Positions 29,036 to 31,022 of a stretch of 31,022 bases of DNA are shown here, piece by piece. Position numbers and translations under genes: made by a program. The notes under the pieces were generated by a model. That model did not search any database. It was not told the origin of the DNA and saw only the letters and a program-made list of their open reading frames with translations. How positions within the stretch are numbered: position 1 is the stretch's first letter; every line of letters begins with the position of its first letter. The DNA is from Promethearchaeati archaeon (GTDB lineage: Archaea > Asgardarchaeota > Heimdallarchaeia > JABLTI01). The stretch lies in the NCBI GenBank assembly GCA_013166835.1, contig JABLTI010000022.1:1-31022 (forward strand), read 5' to 3'.

Positions 29036-29485
29036 TCAGAAATAATCTCTCATTACTTCTTGTACCCACTCGGGAGTCTGTGCATCTTCTCTCATATCAA
29101 AATCTGGAAAATAAGGTTTAATATCTAAAATGGGGGTTTCATTGATAGCATCTAGACCTTTTACTGTTAGAATATTTTCTTTTACACTAACTATTTGGAC
29201 AGCAGTGATGCCAATTGGATTAGGACGATGGCGAGCTCGTTGAGCAAAAATTCCAATCTTTGGAAGTTCTTCTCGTTCTTGTGGGTGTCGTACGAGATGT
29301 CTTTCTTCGATATAAGATGCTTTGTGCATGTAAAAAACAATTATTGCATGAGTAAATTCTTCAAGTCCAATAAGTCCTTTAGCATATTCCTCATTGACAA
29401 ATATTTCAGAAATTTCTTCTCCCCATTCATAATTGTGAGGAGAAAGAACTTCATTTCTTACAAAACCAATTGGCTTAATATTCAT
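29036..29485 (-). CDS. trmO: tRNA m6t6A37 methyltransferase TrmO/TsaA family
   Basis: IKPIGFV, GLEEFTH, GIFAQRARHRPNPIG, GLDAINETPILDIKPY. Confidence 0.9.
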   Translation of the reverse strand: MNIKPIGFVRNEVLSPHNYEWGEEISEIFVNEEYAKGLIGLEEFTHAIIVFYMHKASYIEERHLVRHPQEREELPKIGIFAQRARHRPNPIGITAVQIVSVKENILTVKGLDAINETPILDIKPYFPDFDMREDAQTPEWVQEVMRDYF

Positions 29486-29519
29486 AAATGGACCTCCAGA
29501 AAAACAAAGTAAGACTATT

Positions 29520-29978
29520 TTAGAATTCTATTTTAGCTCCACCAGCTTCTAGGTGTTGCTTATCGTGTTGCCATAAATCGAGTATTCGATCTGTTCGATA
29601 AAATGATTTTTCATCTTCTACAGTTTCTGGGAGTTTTATTAGTTCTTCAAATATGCTTAATACTTTATATCTTGTTTCTTTGAATTTTTCTTTAGCTTCC
29701 TTGAATGAAACATCTTTCATCTTATCAAGTACATAATCATTCCACTCTGAATATTCCATTTCCATACTTTGAAATTCAAATTTGCATTGATCAAGTGAAT
29801 CCTTCATTTTGAATTGACATATTTTCACAAACTCATCATCCCAAGACCAAAGATGAAGAAGTAAATCTCTTGTTTTCCAACCATTTGGAAGAGTGAAAGA
29901 TTCATCTAAAGCTAAAATGAATTCAGTGGTTTTCTTCATGTTTTTAATTTTCTTTTCTAAAGAAATTTTTTCATTCAT
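29520..29978 (-). CDS. DinB-superfamily four-helix bundle protein (ClbS/DfsB-like)
   Basis: GWKTRDLLLHLWSWD and C-terminal HDKQH (H-x3-H), consistent with the DinB three-histidine site. Confidence 0.7.
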   Translation of the reverse strand: MNEKISLEKKIKNMKKTTEFILALDESFTLPNGWKTRDLLLHLWSWDDEFVKICQFKMKDSLDQCKFEFQSMEMEYSEWNDYVLDKMKDVSFKEAKEKFKETRYKVLSIFEELIKLPETVEDEKSFYRTDRILDLWQHDKQHLEAGGAKIEF

Positions 29979-30090
29979 AATACATCACAACTAATTATTA
30001 CAAATCTTTATCAAATGAAGGTTTTCATCAATAGGAATTTTTAATTAAAGAGAGAATATACTTCTTCGTCAAGAAAAGGACTTGGACTCA

Positions 30091-30798
30091 ATGAGTGAAA
30101 AAGAAATAAAGAAAAGAGTTTCTGAATATATTAAAAGACTGAAATCTGATAATCTCGAGGAAAAACGAGAAGCAGCCTGGGAGCTTCAAAATCTAGAAAT
30201 GAAAGCTAAAGATGCAATCCCAACACTTGTTGAAGCAATTAAGGATGAAGACTGGGCAGTAAGATCTATGTCAGTTTTAGCTCTTGGAAAATTAAAATAT
30301 GACAAAGTAAATTCTGATTTAATTCATATACTCTTAAATGATGAAAGTGAGGAAGTTCGATCTTCAGCTGTAGAAGCATTAGTACGAATTAGACTCAGTA
30401 ATATTAATTCTCTTTTAGTCCAAGCAATAAAGGATAAACATAAATTAGTGCGTGAGCAAGTTGTTTGGGGTTTAGGAGTAATCGGTGAAGAAGCTAAAGA
30501 AGCAATTCCAGAAATTATTGAATTACTCAAAATGCCAGATGAAGGATTAATACACTCTATTGCTGCTTGGGCTTTAGTAGAACTAGGTGCAAGCGAAGCA
30601 ATAGAACCACTTACAGAAACTATGCTCATGACGGAATCTGATTTAATTCGTTTCAGATTAGCTTTGTCGCTTGCTTACCTTGAAGAAAGTGAGGGTGAAG
30701 GCTTAAAGGAACTTCGTAAAATGAAGGATCATGGGAGATTATCTCCTCTTGAGGAATCGCAATTCGAAGATTTTCTATCATTTAGGTGCTATAAGTAA
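30091..30798 (+). CDS. HEAT (PBS-lyase-like) repeat protein
   Basis: Repeats of AIPTLVEAIKDEDWAVRS..VLALG, DESEEVRSSAVEAL, DKHKLVREQVVWGLG; ATG at 30091. Confidence 0.88.
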   Translation: MSEKEIKKRVSEYIKRLKSDNLEEKREAAWELQNLEMKAKDAIPTLVEAIKDEDWAVRSMSVLALGKLKYDKVNSDLIHILLNDESEEVRSSAVEALVRIRLSNINSLLVQAIKDKHKLVREQVVWGLGVIGEEAKEAIPEIIELLKMPDEGLIHSIAAWALVELGASEAIEPLTETMLMTESDLIRFRLALSLAYLEESEGEGLKELRKMKDHGRLSPLEESQFEDFLSFRCYK

Positions 30799-30800
30799 AT

Positions 30801-30825
30801 AAAAAAAAGAGAGGATACTTTCCTC
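30801..30825 (-). terminator. Hairpin plus T-tract downstream of ppdK
   Basis: GAGGA-tactt-TCCTC (30811-30825) next to an A8 run that reads as T8 on the minus strand. Confidence 0.5.
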
Positions 30826-30850
30826 CTTAAGGAAGAAAGTGATTCTATTA

Positions 30851-31021
30851 TTATTTTCTTGGTCCATTATTGATAACTGCATGAGCAGCAGCTAAACGAG
30901 CAACGGGAACACGGAGAGGAGAACAACTAACATAGTCCAAACCAATGCGATAACAGAAATCAATGGATTTTGGATCGCCGCCTTGTTCACCGCAAATACC
31001 AATTTCAATGGCTGGATTACC
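30851..31021 (-). CDS. ppdK: Pyruvate, phosphate dikinase, C-terminal fragment (not in the ORF track)
   Basis: My translation is [56 protein letters not shown], matching the PPDK C-terminus GICGE.GGDP...YVSCSP.RVP.ARLAAA. Confidence 0.92.
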   Translation of the reverse strand, partial: GNPAIEIGICGEQGGDPKSIDFCYRIGLDYVSCSPLRVPVARLAAAHAVINNGPRK

Positions 31022-31022
31022 A

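Noticed and set aside
1918-30629. Antisense or alternate-frame ORFs inside recognised genes (e.g. 1918..2316, 5163..5441, 6845..7222, 20580..21059, 29195..29512, 30324..30629)
   Set aside because: Shadow ORFs overlapping well-supported genes, with no recognisable motifs.

Overview
Low-GC, gene-dense archaeal window. Archaeal histone, TiaS, archaeal-type SHMT and GGTGA/GGAG-type ribosome-binding sites, together with an Arf-family GTPase and several bacterial-type metabolic enzymes, point to an Asgard archaeon, probably Heimdallarchaeia-like (inference). Housekeeping and metabolic genes: MoaD/SAMP, GcvH-like, tiaS, glyA, GT3 glycogen synthase, glmS, class II fba, sdhA/sdhB, fumC, sfsA, pdxS/pdxT, trmO and the 3' end of ppdK. 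Top candidate for an undescribed system: a threonine-synthase-fold protein that lacks the PLP-binding lysine (NPTGSYLDR) and is fused to a C-terminal winged-HTH. It is divergently transcribed from pdxST, and a perfect 22-bp palindrome lies in the shared promoter, suggesting an archaeal vitamin B6-sensing transcription factor and its operator. Also notable: a bacterial-type serine palmitoyltransferase-like enzyme, a histone variant that has lost key oligomerisation residues, an Arf GTPase with a Cys-rich tail, an anchorless SdhAB, and a membrane gene with an in-frame stop. No rRNA, tRNA, CRISPR array or transposase was recognised.
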